DNA of 64,000 nucleotides from Vicugna vicugna (Eukaryota), in contig MU058781.1 in NCBI GenBank assembly GCA_013265495.1, forward strand, positions 7,034,522 through 7,098,521. The letters run 5' to 3'. Under the pieces are notes generated by a model. That model did no database searches. It had not been told where the DNA came from and worked only from the letters and a program-made list of their open reading frames with translations. The position numbers were made by a program, and so were the translations under genes. This document shows positions 37,901-50,091 of the stretch, in pieces (the first letter of the stretch is position 1; the number at the start of each line of letters is the position of its first letter).

Positions 37901-38487
37901 ACCCAGCAAGTCACTTCTGGATATATATATCCAAAAAACAAAAACACTAATTCAAGCANNNNNNNNNNNNNNNNNNNNNNNNNNNNNNNNNNNNNNNNNN
38001 NNNNNNNNNNNNNNNNNNNNNNNNNNNNNNNNNNNNNNNNNNNNNNNNNNNNNNNNNNNNNNNNNNNNNNNNNNNNNNNNNNNNNNNNNNNNNNNNNNNN
38101 NNNNNNNNNNNNNNNNNNNNNNNNNNNNNNNNNNNNNNNNNNNNNNNNNNNNNNNNNNNNNNNNNNNNNNNNNNNNNNNNNNNNNNNNNNNNNNNNNNNN
38201 NNNNNNNNNNNNNNNNNNNNNNNNNNNNNNNNNNNNNNAAAAAATGACAACAAACTAGTGAATATAACCAAAAAAAGAAGCAGACTCACAGATCTAGGGA
38301 ACAAACTAGTGGTTACCAGTGGAGGGTGGGGAGGGGCAACGTAGGGGTTGGGGAGAGGAAGGTACAGGCTCTTGGGTGTAAGATAAGCTCAAGGATGTAT
38401 GACACGGAGAGTATAGCCAATAATTTTGTAATAGCTGTAAATGGAAAGTCACCTTTAAAAATTACATAAAAATTTAAAAAATAAAGT
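37901..38487 (+). mobile_element. L1 3' fragment with N gap, ending 85 nt before a coding exon
   Basis: gaacaaactagtggttaccagtgg, G-rich tract, AATAAA 38480-38485; degenerate TSD caagagaaaggggtcata (37883-37900) / caagaaaaagagatcata (38488-38505), 15/18 identical. Confidence 0.8.
37959..38238. other. Assembly gap (280 N)
   Basis: N run inside L1. Confidence 0.95.
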
Positions 38488-38572
38488 CAAGAAAAAGAGA
38501 TCATAAAACAGACTGGTAATTCAGGGCTCTGTGATGACTGAAGTCTCATCTTTCTAACATCTCTGCTTTCAG

Positions 38573-38633
38573 ATTGCCTGTTTGGTACCTGTGGATCAGT
38601 TTCAGCTTTATCAGCGGTTAAAGTTTGAACGAG
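38573..38633 (+). CDS. RNF144B: RNF144B coding exon 3 (aa 91-111, RING1-IBR linker)
   Basis: Acceptor ctctgctttcag; [20 protein letters not shown] plus 1 nt; 61 nt; donor GAG|gtatgt; phase 0-1. Confidence 0.97.
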
Positions 38634-41600
38634 GTATGTATGCTCTCTGCTTTTGATCCTGATGGCGAGTGTGTTTTTTATATGTGTCCTCTTCACACTA
38701 ACCTGCGTGGACGATCAAGGCAGCTGTGGGCTGTCAGCAAAGCCACAAGGGTACTCAGAAAAAAGAAAACTGTAATGGCAACATAAACTTTCAACTTTCT
38801 CAGCCACAGCCAGAAAAAAATGCAGACGAGCAGGAAATAGAGCTTTCCTTATGCTGGCTGTTTTTGTATTTTTAATTCGGCTCATGTGAGAGCAGTTCTG
38901 CAGAAGTTGAATAGTTTCACAATAACAGTATGACAGAAAGACGTGAACCTCAAAATGGGTTTTACCGCCAGTTTTCCTTCTCTTGAAGATGATTTCAAAA
39001 CCTTAATCCACCCAAACATTTTTACTGCTCATTGTAATAGTCACCCCGTTTGTTCTTCTGATCCTACACTTGTGATTACAGTGATGACTGAGTCTGTCAC
39101 CCTAATGCTGTTTACAGTGTATAGAACTACTGTCTGACTTTGGACTTGGGGTAGTTTATATAGCTTTTCTATTTATATTGCCTTTTTATCTGTAGGAATT
39201 ATTTTTTGGTGTGTTTTTCCATACCTGGTAAGTAGGAGAAAATTGTTTCCCCTGGAATTCATCAGACTGGTGTAGCCTCGTCGAGTATGTAACATAAACT
39301 GTAACCTAGCATGAGCATACAATTTTCTGACTGCTAGCTTTTTAATTGGGATTAATAAAGTCTAGAGATGAGAGGGTAGGGGAAGAAATGAACATGTATC
39401 TGTCATGTGCCAGGAAATTTGGTAAGCACAATTACCTTCATCTCATTTAACTTTTGCAATTACCCTGACACGAATAAAGAAAGAAAATCATGCAAAGCAT
39501 AAAGTGGGGAAGAGTTAGGAGTGTTTGCAGGGGATGGTATTTGCTACCTATGACCACAGTTTGGTTCAGTCTCATAGGCTTTTTATTTTTAGCAAGCCAA
39601 AAGCAGCTTCATCTCTCATAAGCAGATCATTTAACTGAATTTTTAAGGCTGATATATTAAGGTGAAGTTCACGAAAAAATTCCTGGGTTACGTTACCTGA
39701 ATTGCATGGTTGCCCTGTAGAAACATGCAAACAGGATGCTGTTGAACATGGAATCAGAACCAGCAGAGTCAGATGAATTTCAGGTTTCCAATGGATGAAG
39801 CATAGCCTGATACCCTGTCCTGTGTGGATTCCAAGCCAACTAGAGGGATTAATGGTGCGGTAGTTTATATTGGACCCCCCGATCCTTCCATGTGGGCTGA
39901 TTAGATTGGACATTATAACACATCAGATGCTGATTAATGGGGTCAAACATCTGCCCTGCCATTCTCCCACTTTATCCCAATATCCTCTCATATAAAAATA
40001 AATCACTGCTGGAACTTAGACATTCACCCTGTGGATGGATGTGGCTGGTAGCCAGTGCCATGATGTGAGGGCTTCTTACCTGGAGAAAGTCAAAGGAGTT
40101 AGGTTGAATTTTCAGACTTCTTCTTAAGCGGTCAGACCTGTCAATCCCACCAGTCCCACTCAGTAACCAGGGCTCAGCCATTTACAGCGTTCTGTTGCCC
40201 CAGATGCTCCTCTGGTCCTCCATGACCACCGACCTCGTCCCCACCCACCTGTTTCCCCATCTGTCCAGGAGCAGGCCTTATTCATCATTGTTTCTGGACG
40301 TTTTATTAGCTAAAATTTTCTCTTTTTTTTTGTAATTGATTCTAATTAATGTCTGATTCTAATTAGACAAATTCTAGTAGTATGGTGCTACACAATGCAG
40401 TTTACTTGATTGGGATGATCTTTATCTAAATTGTATACCTCATTTTTAAATGATAGACTTCATGCCCACCTCAAACTCAAAACTTACCAGTGAGGTGAGT
40501 GTGAGGGCTATGTCGGGAAAATATTTTGTGTGTTACTATTTAAAAGGGGATCTTGGGATGTTATCAAATAATAATATTATGAATGGGTTAAGTAACTACT
40601 GGTGGAAAGTGAAACTCATTGACTGGACTCTGGGGCAGAACTGGAGAGGTTGTTTTTACTCTGAGAAAATGTAGAATCAGGTAAGTGGCAGCTCCTCTAT
40701 CTTAGGAAGAAAAATTATCGTTGGTTTTGTTCAATTCGTATTGCTACCAAGTTCTTTTCTCAGTTTTTAGTTTGCCATCCAGTGTTTTAATTTTCCTGTG
40801 ACATGTTTGATTAGCTTGTCTTTTACGTCTTTGTTTTCATCTACGTCTTTGAGAGGAAAATCTTTTGAATAGGAATGGTCCAAAATCATCACTCTGTTTA
40901 CGCAAATCAGAGAAGTGCCATTTGGCATTGATTGGTTAGTCTATGAATTCACTTTCCGTCCATCTGTGATTTTTCCATTGGCTACTGCTGTGTTTGTAGA
41001 TTTTCCTTTCTGGGTCTGTCTTCCAATATTAACAAAGAAAAGGGAGTACTGAGTTTGACATGTGTTCATGATTATTGCTTTACTTTCTACTGGTTCTCAA
41101 AGCATATGTCTGATGATTAAGGTTAGAATTTTATTTGTCTCTTGTTTCCAGAACCTACTTTCTCTATTTTTTTTTTAAACTGGGTTAAGATTATCCATCT
41201 CTAGTCCTTAAACACTTTTTCTAATTTTTGTGACCCTTTTAACTTACTGTGACTGCAAGTTGCTTCAGTTCCTTGGCAGGTTAATGTGTCTGTTCTTGGA
41301 TATTTGTCTTATCATATAGTGGCTGGAAACTCTTACAAATGGTGTACGTGCCATTATTGTTCTCCTTCATAAAAAGGTGACTGCAATAGGAATTTGTTTT
41401 CCTGTTATCACCTGTGAATCCTACTGCCTTCACTGGTATATTCAGTATATAAGTCATGTATGTACTGAGTATCTGTTACGTGCCAGGGGCAGTTCCAGGG
41501 GTGGCTTCAAGCTGTGGTTCCCTCTTTCTTTGAAAGCTCTTTTGTCCTCAGCAGTTTTCACCAGCCTCCTTTCATTTGGAGTCTTCACATTTATGAGACG

Positions 41601-42169
41601 GCTCTTCAAATTTCACCTCGCTCTTGTGTTTGTCCTGGGTGAAATGCTCCCACTCCACCTTTGGTATCTGATTATTCAAGTCTTACCTCACCAGAGCTCC
41701 CTGTATAGCTATTTGGCTTCTTTTAGTGTTTTTTTTTTTTCTTTTTAAGGCTGCATGACACTAAATGACTTTATCATCAGTTCAGCTTTATTTTTTTAAC
41801 ATCTCCCACCTCTCATTAGTCACCTTCCTTTTCGTAGTTTCTGATCACAAGTTTAGTCTTATCATCTCTGTGTGTACGTGTGTGTGCAGGCGCACTTTTT
41901 TTTTGAGCCTGATTTTCTGGTGTTTTGTGGTAAATGTATGACAAGTGTAGGGTTTCCTTCTCAAGCTACTCTGTGCTTTCGGATGATAACACTTTCTCCT
42001 CCACTTCTCAACTTCTTCAACTTAACCATCCAGTTTTTTTTTTGTTGACCACATTTAAATCTACAACAGCACCCTCTAGATGTTTCCATAGCTCTCCTAA
42101 ACTGAAATGTCTGCAAAAAAAGACATCTAATAGCAAGTTAGGTGATATTTCTAAAGGGGTCCTGAATTA

Positions 42170-42340
42170 GAGGCACAATGTTAAGTGTTTGCTTCTTCCT
42201 GTCTGTGCTTCCATTTCCTCATCTATAAAATGGGGACAGTAAAGGAATGATTGTCCTCAGGCTGTTGTGGAGAATAAATGAGTTAATACTGAGGTTGTCA
42301 CAGTGTGCATTCAATAAACTGTTACTATCATTATTGTTAT
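42170..42340 (+). mobile_element. MIR SINE
   Basis: tttcctcatctataaaatggggacag...aataaatgagttaatac...ttcaataaactgttactatcattatt. Confidence 0.65.
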
Positions 42341-42610
42341 TTTTGTCATTGTTGTTCAGCACTTCCACCACCAAATCATGTCCCTGGTTTTTTAAACTAA
42401 ACTAAGAAAGCATCTTCCAGAATCTAGATCGTACCTGGGACTGAATGCACAGTAATATCACTCCGTTTTCTTTTCTTCTTAATGCAAATATTTTTCACTC
42501 TGTTTCCATCCTTACTGTTCTAGATTCTGGAGAGTTGTATAGAAACTTGATAATCAGTACAAATTTCTTATACCTCTATCATATCAGTTTCCTTCATACA
42601 GTGTATTCTC

Positions 42611-42756
42611 TTTTTTTTTTTCCTGCTTTATTGAAGCTATTTTATTTTGAAGGGTGGTAATTAGGTTGATTGATTGATTGAAATACTGGGGATTGAACCC
42701 AGAACGTTGTGCATGCTAAGCATGTACTCTACCATGGAGCTATAGCCTCCCCTGCC
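42611..42756 (-). mobile_element. tRNA-Ala-derived camelid SINE (vic-1 type)
   Basis: tRNA-like head on the minus strand, T-rich tail on +; perfect 16-bp TSD catacagtgtattctc at 42595-42610 and 42757-42772. Confidence 0.92.
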
Positions 42757-44899
42757 CATACAGTGTATTCTCACCCAAAGCATGAATCCACCTTCTGTGA
42801 CCATCTCCGAGGAGATCATGACTTGCCGAGATGAAGTGTTTGAAGTTGCTCCTTAAAGAGAAAAGATTTTCATGATGATAAGGGTTTTATAGTCTATTTA
42901 ATGATGTGATTGTATTTCTACAAAAATAGTGGTATTCTAAGAGTAAAAAAAGCCTGATTCCATTATACTCTCATTAACCATGAGTTATGCAAACTCCTGA
43001 CTTTGATTGGTCTCAATATAACAGTGTTACACTAGATAATCTCAAAATTTGTTGCCAAGTTTGAAATTCTGTGGTTCTCGTCCATTATCTTAAGAGCATC
43101 CCCTCTGCTGATGGCCACCTCTGTTTGGGTGTGTTTACTGTAGCAGATGTTAATTCCAATCAGTTTGGTTTAATTGCATTTTAAGTATCTGCAGAAGACC
43201 TTTGTTCTTTGAGATAGCAGAAAGCCAATTAATTTTGGCATACTTAAAAATGCAGCAGGTCATAAAAGTTAAAACAGTTTGAATTATTTTGGCTGATAAT
43301 CAAATTAGCTTGAGTGCATGGTGTTTCCCGCAGTAATAAAAATGCATACAATGTCTTTTTTTGGCACAGCCTCACAATGGTTGAAGATAGCAGAAAAGCC
43401 ACTCATGTTAGCTGAGAGAATATATAACAGGATTAAAAAGCAATCTCCCCATGTCTAATGCTGATAGTTTCAGGTGGGAAAACCCAGTCTTGAGTTCAGT
43501 TTTTGAAAACTGAAAACAGTTATTGGGGTCAGACGTGGTCTTTAGGTGTCATGGCAGTTTTATTTTCTTAGAATGTTTCTATTTCCTAATAATCGTCAGA
43601 GTACAGAATTAGAAAATAGTTTTAAACAGCACTTCCTGCCTTGCATAATTTACATGAACAAGCAGAGTCTGGGGATCAGATAGTCTTAGGGCTTTACTTC
43701 AGAAATCAATTCTAATTTTCATAAGTAAATTCCAGTTCAAGTCTGTGACTTCGTCTGTCTCTGATATAAGTATGTTCCAGTTAATCACTTTTAAATCATG
43801 TTCAGAGTAAAGTGTTGGGGGCACTATTCTCTTTTTCTAGGTTTCTTAGCTTTTCGCCACCTCAGAGCTACAGGAAGCTTTCATCACTGCTGATACAGAA
43901 GAAATGAGCTGAATATGCATTGGGGTTTTTTTTGGGTTTTTTTCCCGTAATTTTGAATAGAAATTGGAAGGAGGAAGGAACTAATAACCCTTAAGAGTTT
44001 GGGATAAGTGTGCATTTTGTTTATCAACATTATAACTGTGTTTCTCAGGCCACAAGCCAGGAGGTGGAATTGAATTCACAATGATAGTAACAAAAAGTGT
44101 TTTAGAAAGTCTCCCATTAACCCTGGGGGCTCTCCTTCCCTTCAGACTCCTCTCAGATAATTGGTGTGGAGGGGAGAGCGAGGAGAAGGCGGCCCTGGCT
44201 CATGTGACAGTGATTTGGCTACCACCTGGTGTCCACTCATCTGTTCCTTTTTAGCTTGGGTTCTGGAAGTCCTGTTGGCTGCCAATGTCTGATGCCTCTT
44301 CAGCGTTTTTCCCTTTTCTACCAATCTGACTTCAGGCCCCACTTGTGGTACACTCTGGTACCTGAGATATATAAAGCAAAATTGTGCTCTTAATGGCCTA
44401 TTGGAGTTATAATTTTAAAAAAGCGAAACAACTCTTAGCTTCTGTTGACTTTCACTGGGAGCTGCTCTTCTGGGAGCTGGACTGAAGGGCAGTCAGAAGG
44501 GCAGATGCCATGTTTTGCTCAGTTACCTTTTCAGGGTAACATGGCCAGGCGTGGATGTCCGGACCCCTCTTCCAGTTGAGGGAAGCTGTTCTCCAAGAGA
44601 CTCCAAGACGCCCTGTACAAAAATCTCTGTGGGTAGTTGTTTCTGTTCTCTGGAAATGCCTGAATGCAGGGCTGAGCAATAGAGAACCTTGCCACCAAAG
44701 CTATCTTTTTTTTTTTTTAACCATCGGGAATTGATCTATGGATACCATTTCTTTCTTTTTCTTTTTTCTTTTTTTCATAGATGCCATTTCTTATACTTCT
44801 ATTGCTTCATTCATTTATTCAATGAATACTATGTTCCAGGCACCTTTCTAGGTCATTGTGGTCAACTGGGATGACAGTATCCAGCTGAATCTCTACCAG

Positions 44900-45260
44900 G
44901 AAATCTTGACAGTGTCACCTTCAAAATACGCTCTGAATTCTCAGTATTTCCACTTCTAATGTGGGTCGTCTTGATTGGGTGTACCATCTTGGATTAGATC
45001 AGTACAATAGCCTTCTAGTTGATCTCTCTGCTGCTACTTTGTTCTGCTACCATCTATTTTTTTTTCCTACAGCAGCCAGAATAATCTTTTAAAAATGGAA
45101 ATCATAGCACAGCACTCCCCTAATCAAAATGGCCCTCCCCTGCAATGGTGTCTCATTACCTGTGAGCCTTATCATCGTGATCTGCCTTCAGGCCCTTGGT
45201 GACTATTCCCAGATAATCTCCTGGGGACTCTTCCCTCTGCTCACTTAGCACCTTGTAAAA
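44900..45260 (+). mobile_element. L2 fragment
   Basis: agtacaatagccttctagttgatctc; cagcagccagaataatcttttaaaaatggaaatca. Confidence 0.55.
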
Positions 45261-47624
45261 TTGGCCTGCCTTATTACACGGGTAAATCTCTTCTTTGGCA
45301 TTATTGGGATACAAGTTGGAAATCTGTGGCTGCTGATTCATGGCTCTGATTTATAGACTTAAATGTGATGATTAAAAATGCACAGCTATGAAAAAAAAAA
45401 ACCCTCAAAAGTAGAACTAATGTTTGCTCAGTGTCATCTGGTTCTTACAAATGTAACAGTCCCAAAGGCTTATCTTTCCCAATTCTAACCAAATTAATAG
45501 TTACCCGGTTGAAAGAGTAGGAAGTGTGCATTTGAGCTGAGGGGTCTCTGTCATGAATCAAAAACAGAGAAGTCAGAGAGAAAAACAAGTGAAAGAAATA
45601 TTCTCTAGAGACGCCAATGTACCTATTCTTCTCATTCAAAAATAACAGAACTCATGAATTTCTATAGAAGACTTACGTATGGCTATTTGACGATAAGGGC
45701 TAAATCTTCAGTCTTGTCTGTAGCTCCAGTAAGAAGAATTGAGTCACTACTCCTTTGAATACTCCATTCTTAACTCCTTGTTAACTAACTTTGCTCCTTA
45801 CTTTAACATAGAAATATAAAACTGGAGAGGACTTGCACGAATTTGGCTAGATCACTCCCCACCTCCTCCCCCGTCCTCTTCCCACCAGAATAGCCATTTA
45901 CTCTGCCTTTAATGGTTTATCAAGAGAACGGTAGCAGACCTCCCTTGGCAAGTATCTTTAACGTAACCAGAGCAGTATTTAAAAGATGTAGGACAAGCTC
46001 AAGCATCTGTATTGAAAATCTGTGCTTCCAAACAAAAGTTACATGAACAAATGATACCGTATTGCTACTGTGGGTGCCTCCTGTATTGATGGACTTTGCT
46101 TCAGGCTTTAATCATGTGAGATTCTAACTAGCAGAGCTTTCTTTTTATTTAAATTATTTTAGAAGGTGGCTGATGGGAGAAGGGGTCCGTTTGAGAGAAG
46201 TAATTGGTTTAAATCAGTAGATATTTGGTTTCTCTTGTCTCCCCTGACCCTCTGCATTTATAAAGGGAAATTTTTTGATCCGCTAGAGTGGACGGGAATA
46301 TCCTGATGCATCCCATCTGATTGATGCTGATTGTCTTAGTGGGGGGGTGCTTGAAACCCTGGTGGGGAGATCCAGAGACACCTCCTTGTGACGTGCTGTG
46401 CTTCTAAGTGCAAAACCTAAGCCTGCCTTCTAGGGTGGCCTCCCTGGGGTTGAAGATCCCAGACAGACATGCAAGAGCAGTTAATGAACAGTAAACTAGA
46501 ATATATAACCAAAAACCAGATACTCTTTAGAAGAAGCTAAATACACATGTGAGTGTGACTTCTAGGATAAATACCTGACTGTATATAGGATGCTCAGGAA
46601 GCAGGAAAAGTTGATCAGCAAGTATGGTTGAAAGAACCACCTCTTCTAGTTTGGACTTCTCTTCTTTTTGTGCTGTGTGAATTCTGTTCTTCCCTTTCCC
46701 ACTATGTGCTCCACACTTGTCTGTGCCAGCATTGGTTTTAGATATTTATGCGTTCACTCTCAATTTGACTTGCGTTCAGTGATGTGTTGGTAAACAGATT
46801 TTTGAGGGGGTGGGGGTCGGGAGAGGAGGCTTTTGATTTATAGTGTTTGCCAGTTTCCGGGGTGTAAATACTTCCACTGTGGCCAATTTCCAGCAGCCCG
46901 TGTGACGTCGCTGAACGAGGAGTTGGAAAGAATGTGGGGGGTTCTTGTGAGTCAGCAAGAGCCCACTCCTAGACGTGACTTCTGGTGTCCTTGCTCAGCA
47001 TTTCCTTTAAGTACAGAAGGAGACTCATCTTTTATTTTTATGCCTTCCAAACTCTGGCTGCCTACAGCGTTGCTGTTCCAAGGTTTTTCATTTTTCTTTA
47101 ATCTCTGTTTATGTGGCGCTGTAGCTCTTTCTAACTTAATCTCCTTGTGTTTCATCTCAGCATGTGTCATCTGCTGTGTGCTGCCATGCGGAGGGACTAG
47201 TTTTACCTCCTGATTCTAGAGCTGATTAAAAGGGGAAACTTTATTGTGGATGCTTGGACAAAAAAAAAGCATAAAACGCTTTCTGTATATTAAAATGTTT
47301 CTGTATTTTAAAAGCTTTCTTACTTCCATCCCCTAAGATCTGCTCACAGATGTTTGTTATTGATTTTATTTTTGTTATCTTGCGAGATGGTCTGCTGGTT
47401 ATCACATGGCCTATTCCATGAGTACCTGCTCTAAGAAGTGTGGCAGGGCTGAGTGACCTCGTAGGTTTGGATCCGTCTTGGAGACCAACAGTAGAAATCA
47501 CCACCCTTGGTTGTACTACGCTTCCATAAATATTGGCTTATAAAAGAGAATAAATGGAGGGGAGAAATCTTCAAGCTTGAATGAAAGGCAGTAGACCATC
47601 ACATTTTCTTTCTTTACGCTTTAG

Positions 47625-47829
47625 AAGTTCACCTGGACCCGTACAGAACATGGTGTCCCGTGGCAGACTGTCAGACGGTGTGCCCTGTTGCATCGAGTGA
47701 CCCAGGACAGCCTGTGCTGGTGGAGTGCCCTTCTTGTCACCTGAAGTTCTGCTCCTGCTGCAAGGACACTTGGCATGCAGGGGTCTCCTGCAGAGATGGT
47801 CAGCCGATCGTCCTGTCAACAGAGCACGG
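47625..47829 (+). CDS. RNF144B: RNF144B coding exon 4 (aa 111-179, IBR domain)
   Basis: Acceptor tttacgctttag; (E)[67 protein letters not shown](G); 205 nt; donor CGG|gtaaga; phase 1-2. Confidence 0.97.
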
Positions 47830-49742
47830 GTAAGAAAGGAGACTTTGTCCTTGGGATGGTCCACTAGTGTTCTTAGAAGTATGTTGCTTGGAGGAGGTGT
47901 AATCTTGGGATGGGATTTCAAGATTAGTTGTTTCCCTGCAGAAGTATCTCAGAATTGGTAAGTTGTTAACAAAGAAAATAACCCAATAAGCGTTTCTAAC
48001 GGGATTTTAATTATTTACCCCTGCACCCCACCCAGAGACTCTTTCAGATATTGCTGAAGTTGGCATTTGTATGAGTTTTGATTTCTCTTGAGGTAGGGAG
48101 GCATGCGGTCCCCTGGTTCTGAGTGGGACGGCGTGGCTTGTCCATGGCTGTTTACTTCGGTTCCATAACCACCTGCAACTGATAAGCCTCGTACCTCCCG
48201 CTTACGAAGTGGTGCAGAAATGATTTCTTCCCCTGACTAAATTGCTGGCTTGTTAGGTGTCCAGTCGTATCAAAAAGAACACAGCGGTGGAAAGAACAGC
48301 CCTTTGGTGTAGCATGCTGCTAAAATTCATGTGTGCTAGAGGAAAAGAGCTGATCTTTCAATAGTTTATGCTCTGAAAACACGGTGCCGGGGTTGAGATT
48401 TTGTTATGATGAGAAGCAGTTCACCCTGTACCTTGCAGGGTGGAGGGTTTTTTATGGCAACAGCAGGGCCCGGGGTGAGAGACCTCTGTGTTTGATCCCT
48501 TGCTGTGCTTGGGGCTGTGGCTGGTGTGGCATCAGCAAGCATCGGAACACCAGCGCTGTACGTCCAGTTGGCTCAATCACCCAGCGCCCTCGGAGTGCGT
48601 GGAGCCAGTCTCCGGGGACAGTGATGCTAGCTGGCTGTGACGCTGCGCTTGAATCGCCAACCGAACAAATCACGAGGGGAGAAAGATCCAACCCACGTGG
48701 CAGGCGTGTGCCCGCCTAACCCATACCTGCTGCATTTTCACTGCTGTGGCAGGACGGTTCCCGGGTATCACAGGATGAGGGAAAGATCCCAGAGGAAGGA
48801 AGCACTGAGTTCTGACATTGTCACTTGGCATCTGGTGCACTCGTGCAAGTCTCTCGGCCTGCAGGAGTCTATTTCTCTGTTTGCTGGGGGAGGGGAAGGA
48901 GGAATGAAAATGGTAGCTGTCCCACTGCCACATAAGGTTACTGTGAGCGCCACATCCGATCATAGGTTTGACAGCACTCTGTGAACTTGGTGTCTCCGTG
49001 TGCTGCCTGGTGGTTTTGGTGAATAGCAGCTAAAATGCAACCCGGTGCCAACCAAGGCTCACCTGGCCCTCCCTCCCCTCAATTTGTGCTGCTGCTTTTC
49101 TGTGCCCCTTGAGCCTGGGAGCCTTGCTGGCCTGTTCACCTGTTTGGAGCCGGTCTCTTCAATGACGTGAGGCATTTATTTTAAAGCACGGATAGTTGAC
49201 TCCCACCAGTCCCCTCCGTTTGTTTGTGCGGACAGATTGTTAGATGGATGATCTCTGCCCTCGTCAGATCCCGAGCTATTTTCCTGCTTTGTGGCAGGCT
49301 TCTTGTCCTTTTTTATTCTGGGTGTGCTCAGGGAACAAAAGACTAATTTGGCAAAACAATGAATTCAATCAGCTGTGGAAAATACAATTATGTAATTGAC
49401 TCAAAGCCAAAGATAAATAAATTAAGGTTCTTTTTTTGTTTTGAGGGATCTGAACAACTCATAATCTGTGTCCCTCCTGTTTTTACCCCCACCCTTTCCC
49501 TTGGAAGTGAATTAAGCACAGAGAGTGAAGAGTTCACTCCCTACCCATCAGGACCCCTGGGAACTCAGTTGATGACCATAGAGTTGAGTCTAGAAGAGTG
49601 TTATTTAACTGTTTAATTAATTATACTCAGCCCACTTCCTCCATAGCTCTGGTTAATGTACACCTTGTGGTCTGTGCTTTTTGAGAAATCAGACAGCATT
49701 CTCAATCCCTACCCTATAATTTCTCCTTCCTCTTGTTTCGAG

Positions 49743-49887
49743 GCCCCTCTTCGGGACAGAGGCAGAAGCCCCCATTAAGCAGTGCCCAGTGTGCCGGGTT
49801 TACATCGAACGCAACGAAGGCTGCGCTCAGATGATGTGTAAGAACTGCAAGCATACGTTTTGCTGGTACTGCCTCCAGAACCTGGAC
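49743..49887 (+). CDS. RNF144B: RNF144B coding exon 5 (aa 179-227, RING2/Rcat with catalytic Cys206)
   Basis: (G)[48 protein letters not shown]; 145 nt; donor GAC|gtaagt. The only frame-compatible acceptor is tcttgtttcgag (GAG). The GCAQMMC motif corresponds to the RBR active-site loop (parkin GGCMHMKC). Confidence 0.95.
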
Positions 49888-49989
49888 GTAAGTTCACTTG
49901 GAAGAGCCTCCTCGTGTGATCTGGTCTTTCTTTGCACTGTATCTGCAGCAGCCAGGATCCCACGGGCTTTCCTTTTAAAACACTGAGCC

Positions 49990-50091
49990 CAGGAGGGGAA
50001 GGTATAGCTCAGTAGTAGAGTGTGTGCTTAGCATACACCAGGTCCGGGGTCCAATCCCCAGTACCTCCATTAAATAAAGATAAATAAATAC
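49990..50091 (+). mobile_element. Short tRNA-Ala-derived camelid SINE
   Basis: ggggaaggtatagctcagtagtagagtgtgtgcttagcat...caatccccagtacctcca plus (TAAA)n tail; TSD aacactgagcc 49979-49989 / aatactgagcc 50092-50102; starts about 100 nt after the exon donor at 49887. Confidence 0.9.

Noticed and set aside
49799-49841. Missing catalytic His in RING2 (GCAQM) and Cys replacing His in RING1 as camelid oddities
   Set aside because: As I recall, both are shared with human RNF144A/B, so they are family features rather than novelties.
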